A stretch of DNA of 64,000 bases from Salinispira sp. (GTDB lineage Bacteria > Spirochaetota > Spirochaetia > DSM-27196 > Salinispiraceae). Of the stretch, positions 1 to 8,607 are shown piece after piece. The position numbers were made by a program, and so were the translations under genes. The first letter of the stretch is position 1. Every line of letters begins with the position of its first letter. The stretch lies in assembly GCA_965602015.1 (NCBI GenBank), contig OZ271918.1, positions 704,001 to 768,000 on the forward strand. Direction: 5' to 3'. The notes under the pieces are model-generated. The model had not been told where the DNA came from. It saw only the letters and a program-made list of their open reading frames with translations, and did no database searches.

Positions 1-1025
1 TGGGATGCGGCAACATTGCGTCAATCTTCGCCTCGGATTTCCGGCTGGCTGAAAGCGCGGATCTGTACGCGGTGGCAAGCCGCAGCGCCGAACGGGCCAA
101 ATCCTTCGCAAAAAGGCATTCGGCAAGCAGGTACTACGGAGATTACGCCGGTCTCCTGGCAGATCCGGATGTGGACGCGGTATATGTGGCTACCCCCCAC
201 ATGTTTCACCGGGATATCGGTCTTCAGGTTATAGACGCCGGGAAGGCGCTGTTCTGCGAAAAGCCCCTGAGCATAAACCGATCCCAAACCGATGAGCTGA
301 TCTCAGCGGCTTCTTCCGCCGGCGTGTTTTTAGGCGAGGCGATGTGGACCGCATTTTTCCCCGCCGCGGCATCGCTTCAGGCTCTGGTGGATTCCCGGGC
401 CTTGGGTGAGCTTGTGAGACTTGAAGCCAGTTTTACCGCCAGGATAGACAAAGATGAGGGCTCCCGCTGGCTGAATATTGCTCTCGGCGGCGGCGCGCTA
501 TTAGATCTTGGTGTGTACCCCCTTGCATTCTCCCGTTTAATGTTTCGTCGGGACATACGGAACATCCAAAGCATGGCGGTTATGGGGTCCACCGGAGTCG
601 ACACTGAAAACAGCATTCAGCTCGATTTCGGAGAGGGGAAGCAGGCAGCGCTGCTGTCGGGATTCCGGTTCAATCAACCCCAGGTCGCCAGGCTTTTTTT
701 CGAACGGGGAGGGGTGTTTGTCCCGGATTTTTTCCATCCCGGGCAGTACGTGGTATATCCCGAAAACGATGCGGCGGTGGATGCCCTGCCATCGGGAGAG
801 GTGGAAGACATTGAGAATATTCACCCCGATGCCGAGCATCCGGGTCTGCTCTATGATTTTGAGTACGATGGCCGGGGATATCAGTTTGAAATCGAATCGG
901 TGAGCAGAGATATTCTAGCGGGAAGGACCGCATCTGCGGTTTATCCCCTGCAAGAAACCGGGGCCGTAATGGAAATCATGGACGGCCTGAGAGGTGAGTG
1001 GGGTTTGCGGTACCCTGGAGAATAA
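1..1025 (+). CDS. Gfo/Idh/MocA family oxidoreductase (5'-truncated by the window)
   Basis: Frame is open from base 3 (GCGNIA, Rossmann glycine-rich loop). Motifs DPDVDAVYVATP, CEKP and GGGALLDLGVYP. Confidence 0.9.
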   Translation, partial: GCGNIASIFASDFRLAESADLYAVASRSAERAKSFAKRHSASRYYGDYAGLLADPDVDAVYVATPHMFHRDIGLQVIDAGKALFCEKPLSINRSQTDELISAASSAGVFLGEAMWTAFFPAAASLQALVDSRALGELVRLEASFTARIDKDEGSRWLNIALGGGALLDLGVYPLAFSRLMFRRDIRNIQSMAVMGSTGVDTENSIQLDFGEGKQAALLSGFRFNQPQVARLFFERGGVFVPDFFHPGQYVVYPENDAAVDALPSGEVEDIENIHPDAEHPGLLYDFEYDGRGYQFEIESVSRDILAGRTASAVYPLQETGAVMEIMDGLRGEWGLRYPGE

Positions 1026-1067
1026 GCCGCCCAGATCAGGAGAAGGCATGAAATATGGTAAGCCCGC

Positions 1068-1817
1068 ATGAAGTGCAGGGTAATGTCAACATTTAATACC
1101 AAAGGCGGGGTGGGAAAAACCACTACCGCAGTTAACCTCGCCCATATCGCCGCATCTGAGGGGCAAAAGGTGCTGCTTTGGGATTTGGATACCCAGGCAA
1201 GCGCCACCTATTACTGCGGCGCCAAGGCGAAGGTCCGGGGAGGGGCAAAGAAGCTCATCAGCAGGAAGACCGAAGCCCACAAGGTTATACGGGAAACCAG
1301 CTACGATAATCTCTGGCTTATTCCCGCCGACGGTTCGGTGAGGAAACTCGATATTTTTGTGAATAATCAAAAGGATTCGCGCAAGGCCCTGCAAAAGGTG
1401 ATCAAGGACATACACAAGGATTTCGATCTGGTGATTCTCGATCCGCCCCCGGGTCTTTCGGTGTTGTCAGAGAGCATCTTCGAAACATCGGACCTTCTTC
1501 TTGTTCCGACCAAGCCCTCGACCCTCTCCATTCGCACCCTGGAGCTGATCGACGAACGCTACGCTTCAAAGCAGTTGGCACAGGATCAGATTATTCCCTT
1601 CTTTTCCATGGTTGACCTTCGCAAAAAAATGCACCGTGAGATTGTGGACATCTATGCCCGGGATCCCCGCTTCTTGACGGTGCTGATTCCCAACGCCAGC
1701 ATTGTGGAACAGATGGGAGTTCACCAGAAACCCCTGCTTGCCTACAACCGCTCCTCGCGAGCGGCAAAAAATTATCTAGAACTATGGGCCGAGCTCGGCC
1801 GAAGGGGAGGATTATGA
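1068..1817 (+). CDS. ParA/Soj family ATPase; no parB in window
   Basis: Deviant Walker A KGGVGKTT, plus WDLDTQ and DLVILDPPP. Confidence 0.88.
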   Translation: MKCRVMSTFNTKGGVGKTTTAVNLAHIAASEGQKVLLWDLDTQASATYYCGAKAKVRGGAKKLISRKTEAHKVIRETSYDNLWLIPADGSVRKLDIFVNNQKDSRKALQKVIKDIHKDFDLVILDPPPGLSVLSESIFETSDLLLVPTKPSTLSIRTLELIDERYASKQLAQDQIIPFFSMVDLRKKMHREIVDIYARDPRFLTVLIPNASIVEQMGVHQKPLLAYNRSSRAAKNYLELWAELGRRGGL

Positions 1818-2824
1818 GTTTTGAATTTGAACATATACCACAGGAATTTCCCGCGCTTATTGCCGCGGAAACCGGAGACGGCTCCATACATCCGGCCAAA
1901 GGCCTTTGGCAGGCCGCCGATTTAAAAACCGACTGGGGCGGGGATACCAAACTTGTGGAGGTTGAACTGGAGTATTCCTGCTTGAATTATAAAGACGCCC
2001 TCTCAGCGACGGGAAATCGCGGGGTCAGCCCCCATTTCCCTCATATTCCAGGCATAGACGGCTATGGACGGCGTTTGGACAGCGGAGAACAGATAATCAT
2101 CACCGGCTTTGATTTTGGCATGGGGACGCCCGGCGGTTTCGGACGGTACGCATTGGTTCCCGAAGACTGGCTTATTGGTCTGCCTGATAGCCTCACCCTC
2201 CGGGACGCGGCGGCCTACGGCACTGCGGGAGTGACGGCGGCCCTGTGCGTTGACGCCCTGTTGGATGCTGGCGTGGAGCCGAAGTCCGGCCCCATAGCCG
2301 TGAGCGGGGCCACCGGCGGGGTGGGGAGCATTTCGCTGGCAATCCTTTCCCGGCTCGGCTTTGAGGTCCATGCGGTGACCGGAAAGACCGAGCAAAGTGA
2401 CTGGCTCAAGGGCCTGGGGGCGTCTGCGGTAATCTCCCGGGAAGATTTTGTTTCGCGGGCAGAAAAACCCATGCTGCGGCCGGAGTATGCCGGCGCCGTT
2501 GATACCGTGGGGGCGGGAATGCTCCACCGGCTGCTGCGAAGCATTTCGTTCGGGGGAGCGGTGGCGGCCTGCGGAATGGTCGGGGGGACTGAGCTTGAGA
2601 CCAACATCTTCCCCTTTATTCTGCGGGGGGTTCGCCTGACGGGCATCGCCAGCGCGGACAGCAGCCGGCAAAAAAAACGCCGGATGTGGGAGAAACTCGC
2701 AGGCGAATGGAATGTGCCGGCCCTGGCCGATAACTGCGTATACTCGGACCTGGATGGGCTTCCCGAGCACATAGGGCAAATTCTGTCGGGAAGCCTCACC
2801 GGCAGGGTCATTGTCAGACTGTAG
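1814..2824 (+). CDS. YhdH/YhfP (AcuI-like) NADPH quinone oxidoreductase / acryloyl-CoA reductase
   Basis: Motifs LNYKDAL, GTAGVTA, GATGGVGS and FPFILRGV. ATG at 1814 follows GGAGG and overlaps the parA stop. Confidence 0.88.
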   Translation: MSFEFEHIPQEFPALIAAETGDGSIHPAKGLWQAADLKTDWGGDTKLVEVELEYSCLNYKDALSATGNRGVSPHFPHIPGIDGYGRRLDSGEQIIITGFDFGMGTPGGFGRYALVPEDWLIGLPDSLTLRDAAAYGTAGVTAALCVDALLDAGVEPKSGPIAVSGATGGVGSISLAILSRLGFEVHAVTGKTEQSDWLKGLGASAVISREDFVSRAEKPMLRPEYAGAVDTVGAGMLHRLLRSISFGGAVAACGMVGGTELETNIFPFILRGVRLTGIASADSSRQKKRRMWEKLAGEWNVPALADNCVYSDLDGLPEHIGQILSGSLTGRVIVRL

Positions 2825-2950
2825 AACCCGACGCAGACCCGGGCCCGGACTGCTTATTACGGGGCCTCTGCGACCTCGAACACTGCGTTGTATCCCGTAA
2901 AGCCGTCGAATTCGAAGCTAAGGGCTGACGAATTGGGCAATATACCGGGA
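2685..2950. repeat. 266-bp direct repeat, copy 1 (yhdH 3' end, spacer, and 3' end of the lipoprotein gene)
   Basis: Matches 3884-3972 joined to 6128-6304, with 4 mismatches by manual alignment. Confidence 0.95.
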
Positions 2951-3220
2951 AAACCATTGATCTTTAATAGAAATCTTTAACTAACCATTTTGCAAATAGG
3001 TTTTTCGGATGGACCGCATGCGCGGACCGAAAGAGGTTAGTGCAAATTTTGTGCACCCATACCTAACAGACAAGTGGTAAGAAGTCCTAACCTCTCAAGG
3101 TTTCTTCTCTTCAAGATAAATGATAGGCGCAGCATAATTAGAATTGCTGGACAGAGTGTATTTTATTGAAAGCAATTATGATTGCATGCATAATAACGAA
3201 AAATGAAAACAGGAAACACA

Positions 3221-3817
3221 ATGAAATCTAAATTATTTATTATATCTATTATTGCAACTTTTGGAACTATACTATATGCATCGCCCGCACAAGAAACTAG
3301 TGCGAGGTCAACTTGGAGCGGGTTTGAAAATTCTACAATATCATTTGATTCCCAATCGATCTCATCTGAAACTGCTTACATTTCTATGTGGCATGACAGG
3401 AATATTATAATGCGGTTTTATGAAAACAATCTATTACAGGCGGAGGATCGCGAGGTTTCATTCTCATTTAGTCCTGATCTGTTAACGATAGACGGGGAAT
3501 TTTCTTATTATGATGGTTCAGATATGATTACTCTGAATGGCGAATATCCGATCATTGGTGAGGCAAGAATAGCTGATATCAAGCAGAACCTTAGAATGAG
3601 GACCGGCTTCAATCACGACCCTTATAATATGATTCTTTCATTGCCAAACGATTTTATTGCAGTTGACTTTGGCGAATTAGGCGTTTTCTATATTTGGCCC
3701 ACAGTATACAATGGAACACCGGTCACCATTAATACTGTTCAAATGAAAATGTCAGGTGTTGTACCTCAAATCATAGTTAGTAGATATATGGTCTTGGGTT
3801 TCAACGCAGCTATGTAA
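3221..3817 (+). CDS. Hypothetical secreted protein in an AT-rich insert
   Basis: Signal-peptide-like N-terminus MKSKLFIISIIATFGTILYA; AGGA upstream of ATG 3221 (alternative start 3203); no family recognised. Confidence 0.7.
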   Translation: MKSKLFIISIIATFGTILYASPAQETSARSTWSGFENSTISFDSQSISSETAYISMWHDRNIIMRFYENNLLQAEDREVSFSFSPDLLTIDGEFSYYDGSDMITLNGEYPIIGEARIADIKQNLRMRTGFNHDPYNMILSLPNDFIAVDFGELGVFYIWPTVYNGTPVTINTVQMKMSGVVPQIIVSRYMVLGFNAAM

Positions 3818-3827
3818 CTAATTTTAG

Positions 3828-3865
3828 CAAATGCTTCTTTCACTAACTCGAGCATTTGAGTTTTT
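3828..3865 (+). terminator. Probable Rho-independent terminator
   Basis: CAAATGCT/AGCATTTG stem (3828-3835 and 3851-3858) followed by AGTTTTT, just after the stop at 3817. Confidence 0.5.
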
Positions 3866-4050
3866 CAAATTGAAATCTGGTTCTGTGGGAGAAACTCGCA
3901 GGCGAATGGAATGTGCCGGCCCTGGCCGATAACTGCGTATACTCGGACCTGGATGGGCTTCCCGAACACATATGTCAAAAGGCGCATTAAACTCCGAAAG
4001 AATCGGCGCGTATATTTACGACCCGATACTCCCGGTAAGGGGGTGTTTGG

Positions 4051-5295
4051 GTGGCGAAATTACATGCTGACCAGAAGGAGTTTTGCATGCTCGATCTTGA
4101 CTTGGAGATCAGTAATGTCGAGTTAGCTCGGCGATTTGGGGTAAGCGAAGGTACCATTCGCTACCATCGGAAGAAGGAAAAACGCGTTGACGGCCGGACC
4201 ATGCGGTATTCCGGCGTATCCGCATTCAACGGCCAAATTGCAATGTGGATCAGCCAGAATGCCGGCCGCGAACCGTCAAAGCGTCACACGATACAGTCAC
4301 TATACCATGCCTTGGTGAAGTTTCACGACTTCACCCTTTCCTATGATGCTTTACGGCGTTTTGTCTCAAAACATTACCCCGATGTGATGGAGAAACCTTA
4401 TCGTATCCGGGTCGAGACCCCGCCAGGCAAACTGCTTCAGGTTGATTGGAAGGAGGCGGTAAGAATCCAGCTTGGAGAACCGGAGAATTGGCAAATGGTG
4501 AATTTGCTGGTTCTCCTGCTGGCCTTCTCCCGCATGCCGGCAATCGTTGTCCGGGTGAACAAAGATATTCAATCGTTCCTGAGTGCCCATCATGAAGCCG
4601 CCGGAAAGCTCGGTGGCATCACCGAGTTCGTGCGTCCTGACTGCATGGCTACCGCCGTTAAGCTATGGCGGGGAAGGAAGTCTCAAATGAACCGCGATTA
4701 TGCGCAGTACCTGAAAAGTCTGGGCACCCAAGCTTTTCCCGCCCGGCCCGGAGTGCCGCAGGACAAAGGCAAGGTCGAAAAGCGCATTCAGGATCTCATC
4801 AGGGACATCGACTTCGAATCGATCATTTTCAAGAACCTGGCAGAGGTCCAGCAGTTTTTCGATGATCTGGTCACCGAAAAGATCTCCCGGTGGAAATGTC
4901 CGGCAACCGGAACCAGCATCGAGGCTGCCTACGAGTACGAAAAGCAGTACCTGTCATCCTTCGGTCAGGCGCCGCAAATACCCGTGGATACCGCCACGAC
5001 AACGGTTTCCAAGGAGTCTCTGGTGTATTTCCGGGGCAATTGGTACCAGATTCCCGAAGGATATGAGCGAAAACCGGTTCGATGCATCAACACCGGCACA
5101 CAGATTCAGATTTTCCATGACGGAAAGCTCATCCAGAGCCATGACTATCTTCCGGGGGCGAAAAACATGATTCGCCTCAGCCGTCAGGCGATTTCCTCGA
5201 CCACCCGTCCCATGAGCGATCTTACCCGACAATGGGCCCTGGAAGTTGCCGAAAGGCAGATGGACCTGTATCAGGAAATCGCAGGAGGCATGTGA
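4051..5295 (+). CDS. istA: IS21 transposase IstA
   Basis: N-terminal HTH (LARRFGVSEGTIRY); ETPPGKLLQVDW, RPDCM and DKGKVEK supply the DDE residues. Confidence 0.93.
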   Translation: MAKLHADQKEFCMLDLDLEISNVELARRFGVSEGTIRYHRKKEKRVDGRTMRYSGVSAFNGQIAMWISQNAGREPSKRHTIQSLYHALVKFHDFTLSYDALRRFVSKHYPDVMEKPYRIRVETPPGKLLQVDWKEAVRIQLGEPENWQMVNLLVLLLAFSRMPAIVVRVNKDIQSFLSAHHEAAGKLGGITEFVRPDCMATAVKLWRGRKSQMNRDYAQYLKSLGTQAFPARPGVPQDKGKVEKRIQDLIRDIDFESIIFKNLAEVQQFFDDLVTEKISRWKCPATGTSIEAAYEYEKQYLSSFGQAPQIPVDTATTTVSKESLVYFRGNWYQIPEGYERKPVRCINTGTQIQIFHDGKLIQSHDYLPGAKNMIRLSRQAISSTTRPMSDLTRQWALEVAERQMDLYQEIAGGM

Positions 5296-6062
5296 TGAGC
5301 ATGGAAGCCATAATTCGGAAAATGGAATACCTGAAATTTCAGCATACCCCGGCTATTCTCCAGGAACTGACCGACGCTGCGGTGAAAGAAAACCAGAATC
5401 CGCTCGAGTTCTTCGAGAAGGTGTTGTCGGTTGAAATGGATGCCCGGGAAGAGCGTCGTATCGCTACCTCAATGAAGATCTCAGGGTTACCCAAAGGGCT
5501 GTTTCTTGAGAACTTCGACTACATGTTTCAGCCGGCAGTAGAGAAGCACAAGGTTGATTTCCTCTCCTCCTGCGATTTCATCAGGCAGAAAGAAAACATC
5601 CTGTTCTTCGGACCGCCGGGTGTCGGCAAGACCCATCTGGCTACCGGCCTGGCGGTGAAGGCCGTGGAGATGGGCTACGGCGTGATTTACTACACGGTGG
5701 AAGAACTCTTGTCTCAGCTCAAGCGGCGCAGCGATACACCGATTACCCGGCAGCGCCGACAGGCCTACTGCAAGAATTCGCTGGTGGTTCTGGATGAGCT
5801 GGGGTACCAGGCGATGGATCGGCAGGAAACGCATCTGTTCTTTCAGTTCGTCAATCTGCGCTACCAGAAAGGATCGGTCATCATCACCAGTAACCGATAG
5901 GTCAAAGACTGGGCGACCATCTTTGCCAACGACCATATGGCAACAACGGCAATTCTCGACCGGCTATTCCACCGATCCCATATTTTCAACATTGACGGCA
6001 ACAGCTACCGGTTGAAAGACTTCCAGCTACTGCAGAAAGGAGGGGTTTCCAATGAATCCTAA
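5295..6062 (+). pseudogene. istB: IS21 helper ATPase IstB with in-frame TAG at 5898-5900
   Basis: Walker A GPPGVGKT, LVVLDELG and IITSNR*. The same frame continues VKDWATIF...AILDRLFH...GNSYRLK to TAA at 6060-6062. Confidence 0.92.
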
Positions 6063-6210
6063 AGACAGGAATTCGTAAAACTAAACGCCGATTCTTTCGT
6101 AAAAATAGGCGCCATTTGACACACATAGGGCAAATTCTGTCGGGAAGCCTCACCGGCAGGGTCATTGTCAGACTGTAGAACCCGACGCAGACCCGGGCCT
6201 GGACTGCTTA

Positions 6211-6660
6211 TTACGGGGCCTCTGCGACTTGGAACACTGCGTTGTATCCCGTAAAGCCGTCGAATTCGAAGCTAAGGGCTGACGAATTGGGCAATATACC
6301 GGGACCATTATTGTAGCATTGGCGCATATCGGTCCACCAGCGGGCTCCGTCAGAATTGGTGGTGTCGATGCGGTATTTGAATTGAATGGTCTCTCCCGCG
6401 GGCAGTTCAAGAGTAATTGACCAATCTCCGTTGGATTGCTCCTGAAGCCGGTATTCCTGTGAGTCGAGCTCGCTCCATTCATTAAACGAGCCGGTAATAA
6501 ACACATCGGTGACCGGCCAAAAGTCTTCTGCAACACTGCCGAATTCGAAATCTCCGCTCAGTCGAAATTCCACGCTTTGCATTGGCGGTGACAAGAAATC
6601 GCAGGCGGCGAGGGTAACAATAAGGGAAAATAATATGAGGATTTTAATAATTAATTTCAT
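6211..6660 (-). CDS. Lipoprotein with a glycogen/starch-binding (CBM48/AMPK-like early-set) domain
   Basis: Lipobox LAAC. VFITGSFNEW...GDWSITLELPAG...FKYRID is typical of early-set carbohydrate-binding modules. Confidence 0.78.
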   Translation of the reverse strand: MKLIIKILILFSLIVTLAACDFLSPPMQSVEFRLSGDFEFGSVAEDFWPVTDVFITGSFNEWSELDSQEYRLQEQSNGDWSITLELPAGETIQFKYRIDTTNSDGARWWTDMRQCYNNGPGILPNSSALSFEFDGFTGYNAVFQVAEAP

Positions 6661-6730
6661 TATTATCTCCAAAGTAATGATAAAAACATTTTATTATATT
6701 CCTGCGGTTTTGACAAGGAAAAACTTCAGC

Positions 6731-8551
6731 TCAATGGGGGAGCGAAAAGGTGAATTTCGTTAATTTGCGGTCGCTCTTTGCCTCAATATGTCCCCCGTGG
6801 CGTCCGGTAATAATGTCCCGGGCGATGGACAGGCCAAGGCCGGTGCCCCGGCCCGCGTCCTTCGTTGAAAAGAAGGGTTCGAAAATTCGCTCGAGAATCT
6901 CCGGTTCGATGGGCGGGCCGTTATTGCTGATCCTGCAATAGACGGATTTTTCATCCTGCCAGGTTTGAATCTTAATCAGACCTTGCTCCGACAGCACTCC
7001 CTGGACCGAATGAACTGCATTGGTCAAAAGATTCAATATCACCTGATTAATTTCCCCGGGGAATGCCTGGATTCCGTCGAGGAGGGCAAGGTCTTTATCG
7101 ATTCTGATATCCCCGCTTGCCCGGATGAGGCTGCCGGCTATTTGCAGGGTGGTCTCAATGCCCTTGTTCAGATCGTAATACTGTTTCTCACCGTTGCCTC
7201 CGGGCCTCGAGAACTGAAGGAGATTGTCGACCACCGTGAGAATTCTCAAGAAGCCGTCTTCCGAATCGTCCAGCACCTCGCGGATATCCCGGATCTCCTG
7301 ATCGGGGATATTGCTTCCGAAACGCGCGCTGAGGCTCTCCAGCATTCTTCGAAGCACCCTGAGATTGCTTTGCAGATAGCCCACGGGATTCTTCATCTCG
7401 TGGGCCAAGCCGGCGGAAAGCTGTCCGATGGAGGCCAGTTTTTCCCGGTGAATCATCCGCAGCTGGGTGCGCTTGAGTTCATTGTTGGCTTTTTGCGTCT
7501 CCGCGGCCAGCTTCATCCGGTCTTCCATCAGCTCTACCCGAAGGGTAACGTCCGAAACGATGAGAACCTTGCCCAGGTGCTGTTTTCCCCCGGCGGACAC
7601 CGGCCGCAGATACACATCGAGGTGATGGGTGCGCCCGGCGATGCTTCGGGTAGTTTCGAAGGTAACCAGATCACCATTGCCGTGGTTTCCAAGGATTTCC
7701 GCAACCGCCGGGATATCTTCGAGCTTTTCCCCGATGTGATTTTCCTCGATTCCCAGCCGGGAGGCCGCGGGGTTGAAGTCCACCAGAATATCGCCGGTAT
7801 CAAATATCATTACGGATTGATCCATGGTATCGATAACGACGCTTCGGGCCTGCGGTACGATTTGCAGCATCCGCTGCCAGTACACGCCGACGAAGAAGAA
7901 CACCCCGGTGGCGGCAAATGCGATGGGCGTAAAGTCCTTGTACACAAAAAAATTCAACGGCAGCAGGTACAGGGCGTTTACTATCAGCGGAAGGAAAATA
8001 CCCGCGGCCACCCAGAACGCCGGTCCGATTTTCATACTGCCGGAAACCGCCATATGCCGAATTATGATTACCGCGCCGAAGATAAGCAGAACATAGTGAA
8101 ATACCCCGTTAAACCAGAACCACATACCGTAGGTCGGTTCGACGGTGGAGTAGCCGAATCGCGTAAGATAGTCCACCGTTGAGTAGATAAAGCCGTGATG
8201 TTCTATTGTCAGGGACAAAACAAGGGTTATGGCCGGGACGATTGAAAGGGATCCCCACAATAAGCGGCGCTGGGAAATCTTTGCGCCGGTAAATGAAAAT
8301 GCGAAATGCAGCCAGGCGAGGGGAACCGCTGAAACCAGGGGGAAGGCCATTGCGGCCCAGAAAAGGGTCGCCCGTTCCGATTGGGAAAGCAGCTCAAGGA
8401 TATTGGTGAGCACCATAATTACAACCAGGGCGAAATATACAATTAATGCCCGACCCACTTCCTCTTTCCGGTATCTCCAGAGCACCAGTTGGGTAATGAC
8501 CACAAAGGCCAGTGCGATGGGGGCGAGAATAACGAATACGGTATACTCCAA
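6731..8551 (-). CDS. Sensor histidine kinase (HisKA_7TM-like N-terminus, PAS-like region, HisKA, HATPase)
   Basis: About 7 hydrophobic helices; H-box AGLAHEMKNP, N-box QVILNLLTNA, IFEPFFSTK and GTGLGLS. Confidence 0.92.
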   Translation of the reverse strand: MEYTVFVILAPIALAFVVITQLVLWRYRKEEVGRALIVYFALVVIMVLTNILELLSQSERATLFWAAMAFPLVSAVPLAWLHFAFSFTGAKISQRRLLWGSLSIVPAITLVLSLTIEHHGFIYSTVDYLTRFGYSTVEPTYGMWFWFNGVFHYVLLIFGAVIIIRHMAVSGSMKIGPAFWVAAGIFLPLIVNALYLLPLNFFVYKDFTPIAFAATGVFFFVGVYWQRMLQIVPQARSVVIDTMDQSVMIFDTGDILVDFNPAASRLGIEENHIGEKLEDIPAVAEILGNHGNGDLVTFETTRSIAGRTHHLDVYLRPVSAGGKQHLGKVLIVSDVTLRVELMEDRMKLAAETQKANNELKRTQLRMIHREKLASIGQLSAGLAHEMKNPVGYLQSNLRVLRRMLESLSARFGSNIPDQEIRDIREVLDDSEDGFLRILTVVDNLLQFSRPGGNGEKQYYDLNKGIETTLQIAGSLIRASGDIRIDKDLALLDGIQAFPGEINQVILNLLTNAVHSVQGVLSEQGLIKIQTWQDEKSVYCRISNNGPPIEPEILERIFEPFFSTKDAGRGTGLGLSIARDIITGRHGGHIEAKSDRKLTKFTFSLPH

Positions 8552-8607
8552 AATAGCCTCCCGCTGAGCTTGACCCGGGACCCCGGGCCCCGTAGTCTAA
8601 TAGTACC

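Larger units (their letters stand above)
3973..6121 (+). mobile_element. IS21 family insertion sequence (about 2.15 kb) with 6-bp target duplication CACATA
   Basis: TG...CA ends. Left end TGTCAAAAGGCGC...CGAAAGAATCGGCG; reverse complement of right end TGTCAAATGGCGC...CGAAAGAATCGGCG. CACATA at 3967-3972 and 6122-6127. Contains istA and istB. Confidence 0.96.
3884..6304. repeat. 266-bp direct repeat, copy 2, interrupted by IS21
   Basis: 3884-3972 and 6128-6304 are colinear with 2685-2950 once the IS and one TSD copy are removed. Confidence 0.95.

Noticed and set aside
2857..2980. Second lipoprotein allele in repeat copy 1
   Set aside because: The frame hits a TAA within about ten codons upstream of the repeat; it is only a fragment with no start.
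5898..5900. Recoded TAG (pyrrolysine or readthrough) in istB
   Set aside because: No pyl genes are visible and TAG is an ordinary stop elsewhere (for example 2822-2824); a point mutation is simpler.
2685..6304. Diversity-generating retroelement (TR/VR pair covering a gene 3' end)
   Set aside because: Only 4 mismatches, not adenine-specific on either strand, and no reverse transcriptase in the window.
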